Under the pieces are notes generated by a model. The model ran no database searches, was not told the DNA's origin, and was given only the letters and a program-made list of their open reading frames with translations. A program made the translations under genes and the position numbers. Shown here piece after piece: positions 1 through 11,714 of a DNA stretch of 36,436 bases. This stretch comes from Chiloscyllium plagiosum. Taxonomy: Eukaryota. Positions within the stretch are counted from its first letter, which is position 1, and every line of letters begins with the position of its first letter. The stretch is from positions 19,795-56,230 of the forward strand of contig NW_025214953.1 in the NCBI RefSeq assembly GCF_004010195.1, given 5' to 3'.

Positions 1-512
1 GCTGCACATACCTCACCAGCTGTGCCCACCAGCTTAGTCTGAACTAGCATTACCCACAAGTTCACTGGACACGTCATCTGCCTAGCCATTTTTTCAAATA
101 AAATAAAAAAGGTTTTGACATCTTTCTCACCGAAATATAGCAAGTTCCTGACCTAGTTGTATACATCCCTACGTTCTCCCTTCATCCCCAGCCTGTTATT
201 TTAACTTTCTTGTCTAATTCCCAACTTCTGAATTTCAAATCCCCTCTCTCTTTCTTTTTCCTCTCTTTCTCTTTCGTCTCTCTCTGTTCACATTTGCAAT
301 TTAAGTTTTTATAACTCTACTGCAGTTGCCTGTTTCTCTGATACATTCAAAGTGCTAACCAACTCCATTACAATTTCAACTTCTCTTTTCTCCCTGGTTA
401 AACCCAATTCCAACCTATTTGCTAATTCTAAAAAACGTCCTCCTTCTGTCTTTCTAAAATTCCTTGGAAAATTGGGAACCTCTTTAGTAATGTTTAAAGC
501 CATTTCCCTCAC
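1..512 (-). mobile_element. Decayed gag N-terminal region of a Gypsy (Gmr1/SCAN-type) LTR retrotransposon
   Basis: Minus strand reads MALNITKEV...LELANRLELGLTREKREVEIV, then an E/K/R-rich coiled-coil stretch, then FEKMARQMTCPVNLWVMLVQTKLVG across stops and frameshifts. Homologous to the gag remnant at 22020-23160. Confidence 0.8.
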
Positions 513-659
513 TTTTCATTTAACCAACCACAAGTAACAAAATTAAACGAATTTTCCCACTGGTTTTATTTGAAGATCAACGTCACTAATTGCAATGAGT
601 TGGAATTTGCTGGGACCTGTTGTATCTCAAATCTGTTCAAGTCGGTCCAAGTACCACAC

Positions 660-671
660 GACAAGGCCCCA
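660..671 (-). promoter_or_regulatory. Degenerate primer-binding site (tRNA-Pro type) of the Gypsy element
   Basis: Minus strand TGGGGCCTTGTC matches TGGGGGCTCGTC (complement of the tRNA-Pro 3' end) at 10/12 positions, 3 nt after the LTR-like end ...TCACA. Confidence 0.6.
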
Positions 672-674
672 AAC

Positions 675-812
675 TGTGATGACATCAATATCGAACCCCT
701 CTGTTAATTAAAACCACACACCTAGGAAAGCTCACCTCACATCATAATCTGTCAAAACGTGAGCGACAGAGAACTCCTAAATTCCACTAATAAACAACAA
801 ATAACAATTTAT
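675..812 (-). mobile_element. Partial 5' LTR of the Gypsy element, truncated by Penelope sequence
   Basis: Ends in CA on the minus strand next to the PBS, upstream of the gag leader. Confidence 0.5.
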
Positions 813-847
813 ATGTGCAAGTTAGCTCGCTGAACTTGAAGGTTTGT

Positions 848-892
848 TTTTAGAAGTTTCGTCACCATGACTAGGTGACATCATCAGTGAGA
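848..892 (-). ncRNA. Minimal type I hammerhead ribozyme motif (degenerate)
   Basis: Minus strand CTGATGA-T-GTCACC-tagtcat-GGTGAC-GAAAC-TTC: conserved core with a perfect 6-bp helix II. Helix III and helix I are eroded. Confidence 0.7.
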
Positions 893-1040
893 GTATCTGC
901 TGAAGTGCAGGTGGTATGTCCTGCCTCTCTATTTATAGGTCTTGGTTTCTTAAAGTTGGTGATGTCATTTCCGGTTATTTTAACAAGAGAATGTCGACCG
1001 CATCTAAATTGATGCGTTTATTGATGGACTTCTGGTTAGA

Positions 1041-1343
1041 TTGCATTACAGTGTGGAAATAGGCCCTTCGGCCCAACTAGTCCACACCGACCCGCCGAAG
1101 CACAACCCACCCATACCCCTACATTTACCCCTTACCTAACACTACGGGCAATTTAGCATGGCCAATTCACCTGACCTACACATCTTTGGACTGTGGGAGG
1201 AAACCGGAGCACCCGGAGGAAACCCACGCAGACACGGGGAGAACGTGCAAACTCCACACAGTCAGTCGCCTGAGGCGGGAATTGAACCCAGGTCTCCGGC
1301 GCTGTGAGGCAGCAGAGCTAACCACTGTGCCACCGTGCCGCCC
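1041..1343 (-). mobile_element. HE1 SINE (tRNA-derived V-SINE), young full-length copy
   Basis: tRNA-like head with A/B boxes, V-domain and CR1-like tail. Flanked by direct repeat CTGGTTAGA (1032-1040 and 1345-1353). Nearly identical to the copy at 9489-9791. Confidence 0.95.
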
Positions 1344-1749
1344 ACTGGTTAGAACGCCATTCCTCTAAGAAGGTCCTTGCGTGTCTTAGTATGTGTGTGT
1401 GCTTTGTCCAAGTCAAAGTGGTGCCCTTTTTTGTCTGTATGTATGGAACATAGCGATAGTGTGTCATGTCTTTTGGTGGCTAGTTGGTGTTAATGTATCC
1501 TCGTAACACGACAACGGGACAGTTTCAATGGTGGAAAAATGATTTTATATACACTGATTAATCAATGTGTGTGTGCAGATAAGTCGCATTTTACATATGT
1601 GCACAACACATTGTAAATGAACAACAGAGACACAGTTAACGTAAAATGATGCATATGATGTATAAAATTGATAAAACATTAAAATGTGATTTGATCCTCT
1701 CAACATTCTCTCTTTTCTGGGATTCCCAACTCTAATCTCTCATTCTTAC

Positions 1750-1934
1750 CAGGATGTGTGCTCCAAATTCTTGATTCTGGTGTCCCAACTTATTTCAGTT
1801 AATTCCCTTTCTTCCGGGACTTCAATAAATTGGCCTGTTCGGTTCTTTCCAAAGCTCGTGTCTGTCATATTATTGGAGATAAATATTCTGGCATCAGGCT
1901 CAGCATTTGAACATATTACTCTGTTGTACATGCA
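1750..1934 (-). other. Candidate unassigned exon (185 bp)
   Basis: Acceptor ...tgctgtgttcctttgtacAG and donor CTG|GTAAGA. One open frame (CMYNRVICSNAEPDARIFISNNMTDTSFGKNRTGQF...). Lies in apparently non-repetitive DNA; no recognised homology. Confidence 0.3.
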
Positions 1935-2179
1935 CTGTACAAAGGAACACAGCACACAGGCACCACCAAAACATTGGGGGATGTTCATCTACTTCTTTCA
2001 ATAATGTAGTTTTCTCATTTTCCACATCTCCATATCTATATCCTCTCTCTCGTTCTCCCTTTGTATCTAGTTAAGAAATCCACCAATTATTCTTCCTGTC
2101 CCATCTCCCAAAACTCTTTCTTTCAGTTTATATCTAACGCTCTCTTCAAGATGTAATGTGGTTATAATGAAGCAATGTA

Positions 2180-2420
2180 ACTACAAAGACATGCGGGCGT
2201 CGCTGGCCAGAGTTAATTGGAAGGGGAGCTGAGCAGGACAGACCGTGGAGCAGCAATGGGAGGAGGTTCGGAAGATAATACCAGAAATGCAACCCCAATA
2301 ACTTGAAACATACTCATGGGAGGAAAAGGCAGCCATGAGTGATAAGGCATCAAACCAAAAGAGAGAATATACAATGTGGTGAAAATGATTGGGAATCCAG
2401 AGAATTCATTGGCTCTGCAA
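2180..2420 (+). mobile_element. Old CR1 LINE ORF2 fragment
   Basis: Resembles the CR1 post-endonuclease region (MRASLARVNW....TVEQQWE). Confidence 0.55.
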
Positions 2421-2829
2421 TTACACAACGCTGGCGTCACTGACACTACAGAGCTCTTAATCGTGGTCAGGGAAAGAAACAGAGGAAAAACATTCACTTT
2501 AAACACAGAAGATGGTATTTCTCAAGGAAAAATATTCAGGTGAATTAAACATTTGAATTAAGATCAGTTAAATGCTTTTGCGGAATGTGTCAGATTGGAA
2601 GCAAGACCCGGGGAGACAGAACCTCAGCAGGATGAGAGTATGAAAATGGAAGTATTTCCACATCAGAAACCAGGTTAGGTCATGAGTGCAGGGCTGATGG
2701 GTGAATGGGTCTCAGTGAGAATTGGGGAACAGACAGCAGAATTGCATTGCAGGTATTGCAGCTCGAAACTGCGTATTCATGTAGTGCTGTAGACCACAGC
2801 AGCAGGACAAGCAGACCTGCATTCAACCA

Positions 2830-3330
2830 CAACCTGTAACTTTTTGCCAGGGTAAAACCTCAGTCTGTCATTACCATCAACACCATCTGTGGCTCAGTGA
2901 CGAGTGTGGGTGAACATGTCATGCTAGAAGTGTTGAATCGATGATACACCTCACCCTCATCATGATGCCCACAAAATCACAGATGCCAGTCTTCAACCAA
3001 TTTGATTCGCTGCACGTGACATGAAGAAACAGCTGAACACAATAGATACTACAAAGGCAATGGGCCCTGAACCTATTCCTGCAATAGGACTGAAGACTTG
3101 TGCTGCACAAGAAGCCGTGTCCCTTGGGAAGCTTTTTGATTCCAGCTCCAACTCTGACATCTCCCTCGCAATGTGGAAAATTACTCAGCTAAGTCCCGTC
3201 CCCTAAAACGGGAATAATTACAATCTGAGCAATTACCACCTCCTCATTCCCATCATGACAGTCAAATTGGTGGGAGTCCTTTTTGACAGAGCTATCAAGC
3301 AGCACAGAAATAACCTGCTCAGTGTGGCTT
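2830..3330 (+). mobile_element. CR1-clade LINE (second lineage) RT N-terminal fragment
   Basis: KKQLNTIDTTKAMGPEPIPAIGLKTCA..., followed by an NYxPISL-like region. Same family as 5095-7850. Confidence 0.75.
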
Positions 3331-3349
3331 TTGACAGGTTCTCATGTGG

Positions 3350-3810
3350 AGATGGTGCTGTTGTGGAAATCTTACTGGATTAGTAATCCAGAACAGGCTA
3401 ATGATCTGGCAGCTTGTGGTAGTTAAAGACAATTAATAAAATATCGAAATCTAAAATCTGGGCTCAATAACAGTGACCTTGAAGCCAATATGGATTGTAA
3501 ACAGAATTTCCTTCTCCAATGTACTTTTAGGAAGTGAATCTCCCATGATTTCCTGGGCTGGTCTAAAAGTGACTCCAAAGACGCTGACATGTGATAAACA
3601 TTTCAATGGTCTCTGAAATTATCAGGCAAGGGCACTCATTTGTATCAAACTACTCCGAAGTCTGAAAGGATGAAACCGGACAGAACACCCGGCCTCAGCA
3701 TCAGTGTCGGAAAAGGGAATGGGAACACAGTTCTTCGACCCTGAAGAGACCTCCTTCCTAACATCTGAGAGCTTGTGACAGCATTTACAGAGCTTTCCCA
3801 CAGACTGCAC
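3350..3810 (+). mobile_element. 5' end (tRNA-like head, UTR, ORF start) of the second CR1-clade LINE lineage, degenerate
   Basis: Ends in ...cctaacatctgagagcttgtg...ctttcccacagactg (NIxGL..LSHRL endonuclease start), which overlaps the start of the minus-strand copy near 7850. Confidence 0.6.
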
Positions 3811-3934
3811 AGAAACATCGGGAATGGAAAACACATTGAGCCTCCCCATTCTAGTTCATGGAAAAAAAATCTCCTCAATGCACTTACCCCACACGATATA
3901 CATGTCCGTTAATGTGAGTAACCTTGGGAAGCTA

Positions 3935-5090
3935 TAAAATAGGCGGTGCAGTAGTACGTTTGGTCCATCGAGTTTGCTAACCAATTCAATATAATGATGG
4001 TTGGCCCTTCATTTCCATACCGTACTCCTGCTCTCCCGCCATCCCTTTACTGTCTCTAAATCCTTATTTATAATCAGTGTCTCGGTTTCCAGGTGCGAGC
4101 GAATTCCCCAGGTTCCCGAGTCCGTGAGAGCAGACATTTATTATCATCTCAATGCAGAGTGACTGCCTGGACCTAATACTGTGGCCCCTTGTTTTAGAAG
4201 TCCCAGCCAGGGGAAATGTCATCCCTGCTTCCAATCTGTCTCACCCGGTCAGAGTTTTGTATATTTCACTGAGATCTCCACTCATTTTCCTGAACCCCAT
4301 GGAATACTGGCCCAGTCACCCCAAACTCTGCTCCCACAACAAACCCGTCATCCCAGAGATCAGTCTGGTCATCCTTCACTGCTCTCCATCAATGTCAGGT
4401 TTGTCCTTTATTAGGTAAGGAGACCAAAACTGCACACAATACTGCACAATGTTCAAGATGATATCTCACCAAGGCCCTGTACAGCTGCAGTAAGATACCT
4501 TTTCTCCTGGACTCACATCCCCCTGTATGAAGGTCAACACACCATTTATCTTCCTCACTGCTTTCTGATTCTGCAATATTGCTTTCAGCGTCTGGTGTAC
4601 AAGGAGATGCAGATCCTTTTTAATGTTACAGCTCCCCACTTGGTGGGTCTGTGTACACTGCTCAGCGTGCCAATGCCATGCCCAGTATTGACTTATGGTT
4701 GCAGAAATCACTGCACTGCATGGGCCTCAGAGGTTTGTGCAGAAGGAAACAACAAACAGGAGCATACGTCCCTTTGTGGATCAACATGTTTCAACCCATC
4801 CTTTCCAAATGGTAGGCAGTCAATTTATTGTTTCCACCAAAGGCACACCGTCACCTCTATACACATTGTTCTCAATCTGTCACGTATTTACTCATTCACT
4901 CCACTTGTCTTAGTCTTCTCGGTGCTTTTTTACATCCTCCTCACCCACTCACAATCCCACATCCGTTAGTGCTGTCAGCAGGCTGGGATATATTCTATCT
5001 GACTCCAGCAACCAAATATTTAAAGGGCATTGTGAACAGCTGGGCCCCAAGCACTGATCCCTGTGACACCTCAGCAACCGTCCTCTGTTA
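3935..5090 (-). mobile_element. CR1 LINE 3' part (RT C-terminus plus 3' UTR), degenerate
   Basis: Minus strand carries eroded GVSQGSVLGPQLF, ADSTN (FADD), KDL.LLV and LYRALV motifs. 3' tail near 3935-4000. Confidence 0.85.
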
Positions 5091-5094
5091 ATTT

Positions 5095-7850
5095 CTATTT
5101 ATTTATTTCGTGAATCTGGGTGTCACTGGCTGGGCCAGCATTTATTGCTTGTCCCTAGTTGCCCTTGAGAGGGCGGAGGTGAGCTGCCTTGTTGAACGCT
5201 GCAGTCCACCTGCTGTGGTTGACCTCCAATGCCATTAGGAAGGGAATCCCAGGATTCTGACCCAGTGAGTGTGATGGAGCAGAGATATATCTCCAAGTCA
5301 GGATGGTGAATGGCTTGGAGGGAACCTGAAGATGATGGTATTCCCATACATCTGTAGGCCCTGTCATGCTAGATAGACATGGCCGTGAGTTGGGATTATG
5401 GTATCTGAGGATCTTTGGTGAATCATTTCATTGCAGCATGTAGATTGTAAAACACTGCTGCTGCTGCTGAGCGTCGATGGTGGAGCATTGTGGATGAAGG
5501 GACAGTCAAACTTTGTCCTGGATGGTATAAACATTGCTTTGTCCTGGATGGTATAAAGCTTCTTGAGTGTTGTTGGGGCTGCACTCATCCAGGCAAATTG
5601 GGAGTCGTCTATCATACTTCTGACTTATGCATTGTAGACGATGGACAGACTTTTGGAAGTCATGATGTGAGTTACTCGCCGCAGTATTCCTAGCTTCGGA
5701 CCTGCTCTTATAGTTACTGTGTTCATGTGGCGAGACCAGTGAGTTTCTGAGCAATGATTACCCACCAGGAATCTGATATTGGGGGATTCAGTGATAGTAA
5801 CACCATTGAATGCCAAGAGGCAGGTTAGATTGTATTTTATTGGTGATGGTCATGGTCTAGCATTCGTGTGGGCTGAATATTACTTGGCACTTGTCAGCCT
5901 GGATACTCTCCAGACCTTGTCGCGTTTGAACATGGACTGCTTCAGTATCTGAGGAGCCACCAATGTTGCAGAATATTGTACAATCATTGGGGAACATCCC
6001 CACTTCTGACCTTAAAATGGAGGGAAGGTCATTGAAGAAGCAGCCCTGAAGAAGTTTTCGGTCACTGCTCGAGGGACTCCTACAGATTTGGAGCTGAGTT
6101 GACTGACCTTCATCAACCTACGTGTCAGGTATGAATCTAACCAGAAGGGATTTTGCCTCTGATACCCATTGATTCCAGTGTTGTTAAGGCCCCTTGATAC
6201 CATACAGGGTCGAATGCAGCCTTGACTTAAAGGGCTGTCACTCTCACCCCACCTCTGTAATTCAGCTCTTTTGTCCATGTTTGAACCACGGTAATGAGGT
6301 CAGGAGCTGAGTGGCCCTGGTGGAGCCCAAACTGGGCGTCACTGACCAGGGTATTGCTGTGCAGGTGCTGCTTAAAAGCACTGAGATCTTCCACCACTTT
6401 ACTGATGATCGACAGGCGACTGATGAAGTGGTAAGTGGCCGGATTGGATTTGTTCTGCTTTTGATATACAGGAGATACTTGGGGTAATTTTCCACATAAT
6501 GAGGAAAAGCCATTGTTGTAACTGTATTGAAACAGTTTGGCAAGTTATGGAGCACAGGTTTTCAGTACTATTGCCAGAATGTTGTCAGACTATGGACCCT
6601 ATGGAGTATCCAGTATCTCCAACCGTTTCTGGATATCGCGTGGACTGAATCGAATTGGTTGATGGCCGGTAACTGAATTGCTGAGGTTCACTGGAGGAGG
6701 CTGAAATGGATCATCCACTCAGCACTTCTGGCTGAAGGTTGTTGCGAATGGACCAGCCTTATTTTATACACTGAAGTGCTGGGCGCTACCATCATGGATG
6801 AAGGGGTTATTTGTGGAATCTCTTCCTCCAGTGAATTGTTTAATTGTCCCCAACGTTTCTGGACTAGATGTGGAAGGACTGCAGAGCTTAGATCTGAACC
6901 GTCGCTTGTGGGATCACTGAGCTCTGTCTATCACTTACTGCTTATGCTGTTTAGCAGACAAGTAGTCCTTTTTGGTGGCTTCACCGGGCTGATACCTCAT
7001 TGTCAGGTATGCCTGGTGCTGCTCCTGCCATCCTGCACACTCCACTGAACCAATGTTGATCCTCTGGATTGATGGTAATTGTTGCGAGGGGGATATGCCA
7101 GGCCATGAGGTTAGGCGGGACTACAATTCCACTGCTATTGATGACGCACAACACCTTATGGACATCCAGATTTGAGCTGCTAGATCTGTTCAAAGTCTGC
7201 CCTATTAAACACCGTGATAGTACCACCCAAAATGGTGGAGGTTATACTCAATACGCAAGTGTGACTTTGTCTCCACAATGACTATGTCCACAATGACTCC
7301 ACAGTCACTCTTACCGATACTGTCATGGACAGATACTTCTGCAGCTAGCAGATTAGTAAGGCTGTGGTCAAGTATGTATTTTCCTCTTGTTGGTTCCTTC
7401 ACCACCTGCCGCCAGTTATATCCTTTAGGACCCGGCCAGCTCGATCGGTAATGCTGTAGCTGAGATACTGTTGGTGGTGAACATTGAAATCCCCCACCCA
7501 GAGTACATCTTGCGGACGTGCTACCCTCAGTGCTTCCTCCAAGTGTTGGTCAGCATGGAGGAGTACTGATTCATCAGTTGAGAGAGGCTGGTACATGGTA
7601 ATCAGCAGGAGGTTTCCTTTCCCATGTGCAAACTAATGCCATGAGACTTCATGGGATACGGAGTCACTGCTGAGGACTCCAAGAGCAATTCTCTTCCAAC
7701 TGCATCCCACTGTACCACCACTTCTGCTGTGTCCCTCCTGCTGATGAGACAGGAGATATTTGGGGAAGGTAATGAGGAGTCTGGGACAAAATCATACTCA
7801 CAGAATCATACCTTTCAGAAAATGTCAGGCTATTACTTGACGAGTCTGTT
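5095..7850 (-). mobile_element. CR1-clade LINE (second lineage), near full-length decayed ORF2 (APE endonuclease plus RT) and 3' UTR
   Basis: VLWVGDFNVHHQ, EPTRGKYILD..TN, IGKSDC (SDH motif), RAGPKLGILRRV and WMSAAPTTLKKL.TIQDKA, with many stops and frameshifts. Confidence 0.9.
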
Positions 7851-7854
7851 TATT

Positions 7855-8420
7855 TCTAATCACTGTTTCCTGCCAGCTGTCCCATTCTAGAAACATGTCC
7901 ATATATTAGCTCCAATCCACTCAGATTTGCTTTTGCAAATTGGGCTTGGAGCTTTTCCAACATTTTTCTAAAAATCAAAATGTTTTACATCCATTGCTTC
8001 TCTTTCATTTGTTTCCCAGTTTGTTTCTCAAACATAATTCCCGTTTCATAAATGTATGTTAGCGTGCCTATGACCATTACTTTCAGCCACAATAATTTCT
8101 GCTACACCATTTACTTACTATTTTCTATGTTCCATGTACTCTACCATTTTCCCACACCAGACTTGGTTTTCCTAGTATTGTTAGAAAGTTTTGTGAAGTC
8201 AGAACTGAAGTAGTGGCTTCATAGTTCTGCCATTTCCCTGTTCCCCATTCTCCATTCTCTGGTTTAAAACTGTAAGGGAACTGCACTTGTTTTCTCATAT
8301 TTCTCACATTGACATAATTTAACAACCTAATACAGTTCACTCTTATAACCCTTATGAATATAACTCTTCAGAAATCCATCAATTCCTGCCTTAAACTGCT
8401 CAAGAATTGACCTTCCACAC
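7855..8420 (-). mobile_element. Old CR1 LINE fragments
   Basis: Eroded CR1 RT-proximal and 3' UTR sequence. Appears to continue the 3935-5090 copy. Confidence 0.55.
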
Positions 8421-9027
8421 CATACACTCACAGCGGCAAAGACTCTGTGCCAACAGAAATACAGCACGATCTATACTCGTCCCACTTTCCTACACCAGGC
8501 CCATAGCCCGGAATGTTATGACACTTCCAATTGCTCGTCCAAGTACTTTGTAACGATTGTGAGGTGATCATTTCGTCTCAGGAAGTAATCCCAGAACCCC
8601 ACACCTCGAGGTGAAAACATGTTTAAATCATCTCTGAACCTCAAACTCTTCACTTTAAAAGTGTGTTCCTTTGTTCTTGACCCTCTCACTAAAAGGAACA
8701 GCTGCTGTCTCGCCACCCTTTCCGTGTCGCTTATAATTTTATCCTTCTGAATCACTGACTCCTCAGCTTTCTCTGCTCCAAAGTAAACAACCCGAGCTTA
8801 TCCAGCCTCTCTCCATAGCTGATGTGCTCCATCCCAGGGAACATCCTGGTGAATCACCTCTGCACCCTCTCAAGTACAATCACATCCTTCCTGGAATGTG
8901 GTTCCCGGAGCAACATACAGTACTCCATTTTGGCTGAACCAAAGCCCTGTATTGCTCTTATAATCTATGACTGATTAGGAAACGCTACACCCAAGGTCCA
9001 ATTCTTAACTAGTCCATTTACCTGTCC

Positions 9028-9235
9028 AGGAGAAAGCGAGGACTGCAGATGCTGGAGATCAGAGCTTAAAAAATGTGTTGCTGGAAAAGCGCAGCAGGTC
9101 AGGCAGCATCAAAGGAGCAGCAGAATCAACGTTTCGGTCGTAAACCTTCTTCAGGAATCTGCCCAAAACATTGATTCTCCTGCTCCTGTGATACTGCCTG
9201 ACCTGCTGCGCTTTTCCAGCAACACATTTTTAAGC
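9028..9235. mobile_element. Penelope terminal-repeat-derived palindromic (MITE-like) element
   Basis: Inverted arms of about 74 bp (9064-9137 and ~9162-9235). Homologous to the repeats at 12285-12410 and 17460-17620. Confidence 0.85.
9123..9158 (-). ncRNA. Minimal hammerhead ribozyme motif
   Basis: Minus strand CTGAAGA-A-GGT-ttacg-ACC-GAAAC-GTT, with palindromic AACGTT helix III. Confidence 0.55.
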
Positions 9236-9488
9236 ATTAACCTGTTCAGTCACATTCAGGAATGTATGGCAAAGCACAATCTGAGCTTCCCAGTGTGCTG
9301 CCAATCAATGAGTCCTCCCCTGCCTGGTTCCATTTTCCAAAGTGCATCACCTCATATTTATCAGGGTTACATTCCATCTGCCATTGATGTGCCCATCTGA
9401 CCATTCCATCTGCATCTTCCTGCAACTTAAGGCCTTCCTCCTCACTGCGAACCACCCAGCCAATCTTTATGTCAAACATACACTTACT

Positions 9489-9791
9489 GGGCGGCACGGT
9501 GGCACAGTGGTTAGCACTGCTGCCTCGCAGCGCCAGAGACCCGGGTTCAATTCCCGACTCAGGCGACTGACTGTGTGGAGTTTGCACGTTCTCCCCGTGT
9601 CTGCGTGGGTTTCCTCCGGGTGCTCCGGTTTCCTCCCACAGTCCAAAGATGTGCAAGTCAGGTGAATTGGCCATGCTAAATTGCCCGTAGTGTTAGGTAA
9701 AGGGGTAAATGTAGCGGTATGGGTGGGTTGCGGGTCGGTGTGGACTTGTTGGGCCGAAGGGCCTGTTTCCACACTGTAAGTAATCTAATCT
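9489..9791 (+). mobile_element. HE1 SINE, young full-length copy
   Basis: A box TGGCACAGTGG, B box GGTTCAATTCC, V-domain and (TAATC)n tail. Confidence 0.95.
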
Positions 9792-10749
9792 TATCACACC
9801 ATCCCCACTCTCCACCTAGCCCCCTCCACATTCAGATCTACATTTTGTTATGAATAACACAAACAATAAGGTACACAGCACTGATCCCTGTGGTACACCA
9901 GGGGATACTGGTCTCCAGTCACACAAACAGCCTTCTCCCACCACCCTCTGCCTCCTGCTACTAAGACAATTTTCATTGTAACTTGTCAAGTTATCCATCA
10001 TATTGTGAGATTTTACTTTATTTTTCAGTCTCCCTGGTGGAAATTTGTCAAAGGCCTTCCTACAAAACTAATTAATCGACCTCCTCAAACTAATTTAATC
10101 AAATCCATTGGATGTGACTTCCTCCTGATAAAATCGTGATGATTATCCCTGATCACTCTTGTAACTCTGATTGGAGTTCGATTTTCTCCTTCCCTATTTT
10201 ATCCAGTAGTTTCCTTAACAGTGATCTAATACTCGCTCGTCTATAGTTCCCTGGTCTATCTCTCCCACCCTGTGAAGTGGAATCGTATTAGCAGTTCTCC
10301 AGTTGTCTGCCACCTCCCCTATGGTCAGATTTTAATTAAAATATTCAGTCAGGGTCTTTCCTCCTTTGACCCCAACAGCCGCCTGTGATACGACTCATTC
10401 AGACATGAAGACTGGTCCATATTTATACAGAACAAAGCCTCAAATCCTTTCTCGTATTTTATATCAATCTGTTCAAGAGCTTCCCAGTTCATCTTCTTGA
10501 ATTCTGTACCTGCCCCCTCCTTCTCCCAAGTAAAATAGATGTGAAGGTCTCATGTAACAATCCATCAATGTTCTCCAGCTTGACACACAGATTGCCCCTT
10601 TGGTTTCTAATGGACACTAACTGTTTGCTGATTATTCTCTTCTACTTGTCCGTGTAGAATATCTTGGGATTCTTTCTTAGATTGGGACTCCGAACGATAC
10701 ACAATATTCTACGTTTCGTCTCACCAACGCTCGGTGCAACTGGTGCACG

Positions 10750-11690
10750 ACATTCTCTATCTTCCAATTACATTCATATGAATATAAACCTAATTTTTAC
10801 TTTCCCATTCGCATATGTTCTTCCCAACACCTCTCGCTTTAATTTTTCTTATGAACTTGCTGTGTGAGTTCTTGAAAAAAACTCAGAAAAATTCAACGTT
10901 ATCCAATGGTCCATCATTGCCTATGTCCACAAGAATCAACTTCAAACCATTCCAAAAATATGTTTGCCACTTCTGGTTTTCCTTTCATCGATACATTACC
11001 ATACTCCCCAGTTATGTTATTACCTTCTAAATATCTAGTAGCATGTTCTTTGTAAAAGAGTCCAACAGATACATGAATGCGGATGACAAGATAACTGCTC
11101 GGTAGTTCACCATTCTCCAAATTCATACTTTCTTAAACTGTTGGATACTATTTATAACCTTTGCCTTATCCAGATTGGCTAAATGCCCTTCGGGAATATG
11201 TCGGAAAATAAAGTGAAAATCCGCGATGCAATCAACATGTCTATTGCTGCTTCCTCTGAAATTCTTGTATGAAGTGCATCTAGTCTGTCAGATTTATAAA
11301 TACTCAATCCAGCTTTCTTTTCAAAGATGACATCAACATTGATAAGAATGGTCTTAGACTTTAGTTACACAAGTCCCAGGGTCACTTGGTATTTCTGGAA
11401 GAATTTCTGGACATTCTTCCATGAAGATAGACACAAAGAAATTGTTTCTTTTCCCTGCGATTTCTCTGTTCTCTGCAATAAATTATCCTGAACGCGCACC
11501 AACTCTTCCACATTTGACCTTGTTTTTAGTTTTTTTTTTCATACATTGATAGACGCTTTTTAGCAGTCTTTATGTTTTTCTTTCGTTTTCACGCTTTTTC
11601 TCTTTCTGATTTTCTTCTCAGTTTCTTGGTCATCCTTTGCTGGGTCCTACATTTCTCTGAATCTACTAGCTTACTGCAACACTTGGCATT
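10750..11690 (-). mobile_element. Old CR1 LINE RT N-terminal region
   Basis: Eroded 'YLEGNNITGEYGNVSMKGKPEVANIFLEWFE', corresponding to HLE.N.I..SQHGFMKGKSCLTNLLEFFE. Confidence 0.7.
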
Positions 11691-11714
11691 TTCAAAGCTG
11701 CCTCCTTTCATCTA

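Larger units (their letters stand above)
815..1505 (-). mobile_element. Penelope-like element 3' fragment (GIY-YIG C-terminus plus terminal repeat), interrupted by an HE1 SINE
   Basis: Minus strand RIH*HQLATKRHDTLSL..IHTDKKGHHFD...SNQKSINKRINLD. The terminal repeat carries a hammerhead core at 848-892. Confidence 0.8.
8440..10700 (-). mobile_element. HER1-like CR1 LINE (RT to 3' end), interrupted by a Penelope-derived palindrome and an HE1 SINE
   Basis: RRQRVVGEGCLCDWRPVSPGVPQGSVL, WAHQWQMECNPDKYEVMHFGK, GSRTKEHTFKVKSLRFR. Confidence 0.9.

Noticed and set aside
3888..3931. Possible 44-nt minus-strand exon with a GTAAGT donor
   Set aside because: The acceptor derives from a CR1 tail, the segment is short, and there is no homology or other support.
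9489..9560. tRNA-like sequences with A/B boxes (also at 17750 and 20173)
   Set aside because: These are SINE heads, not tRNA genes.
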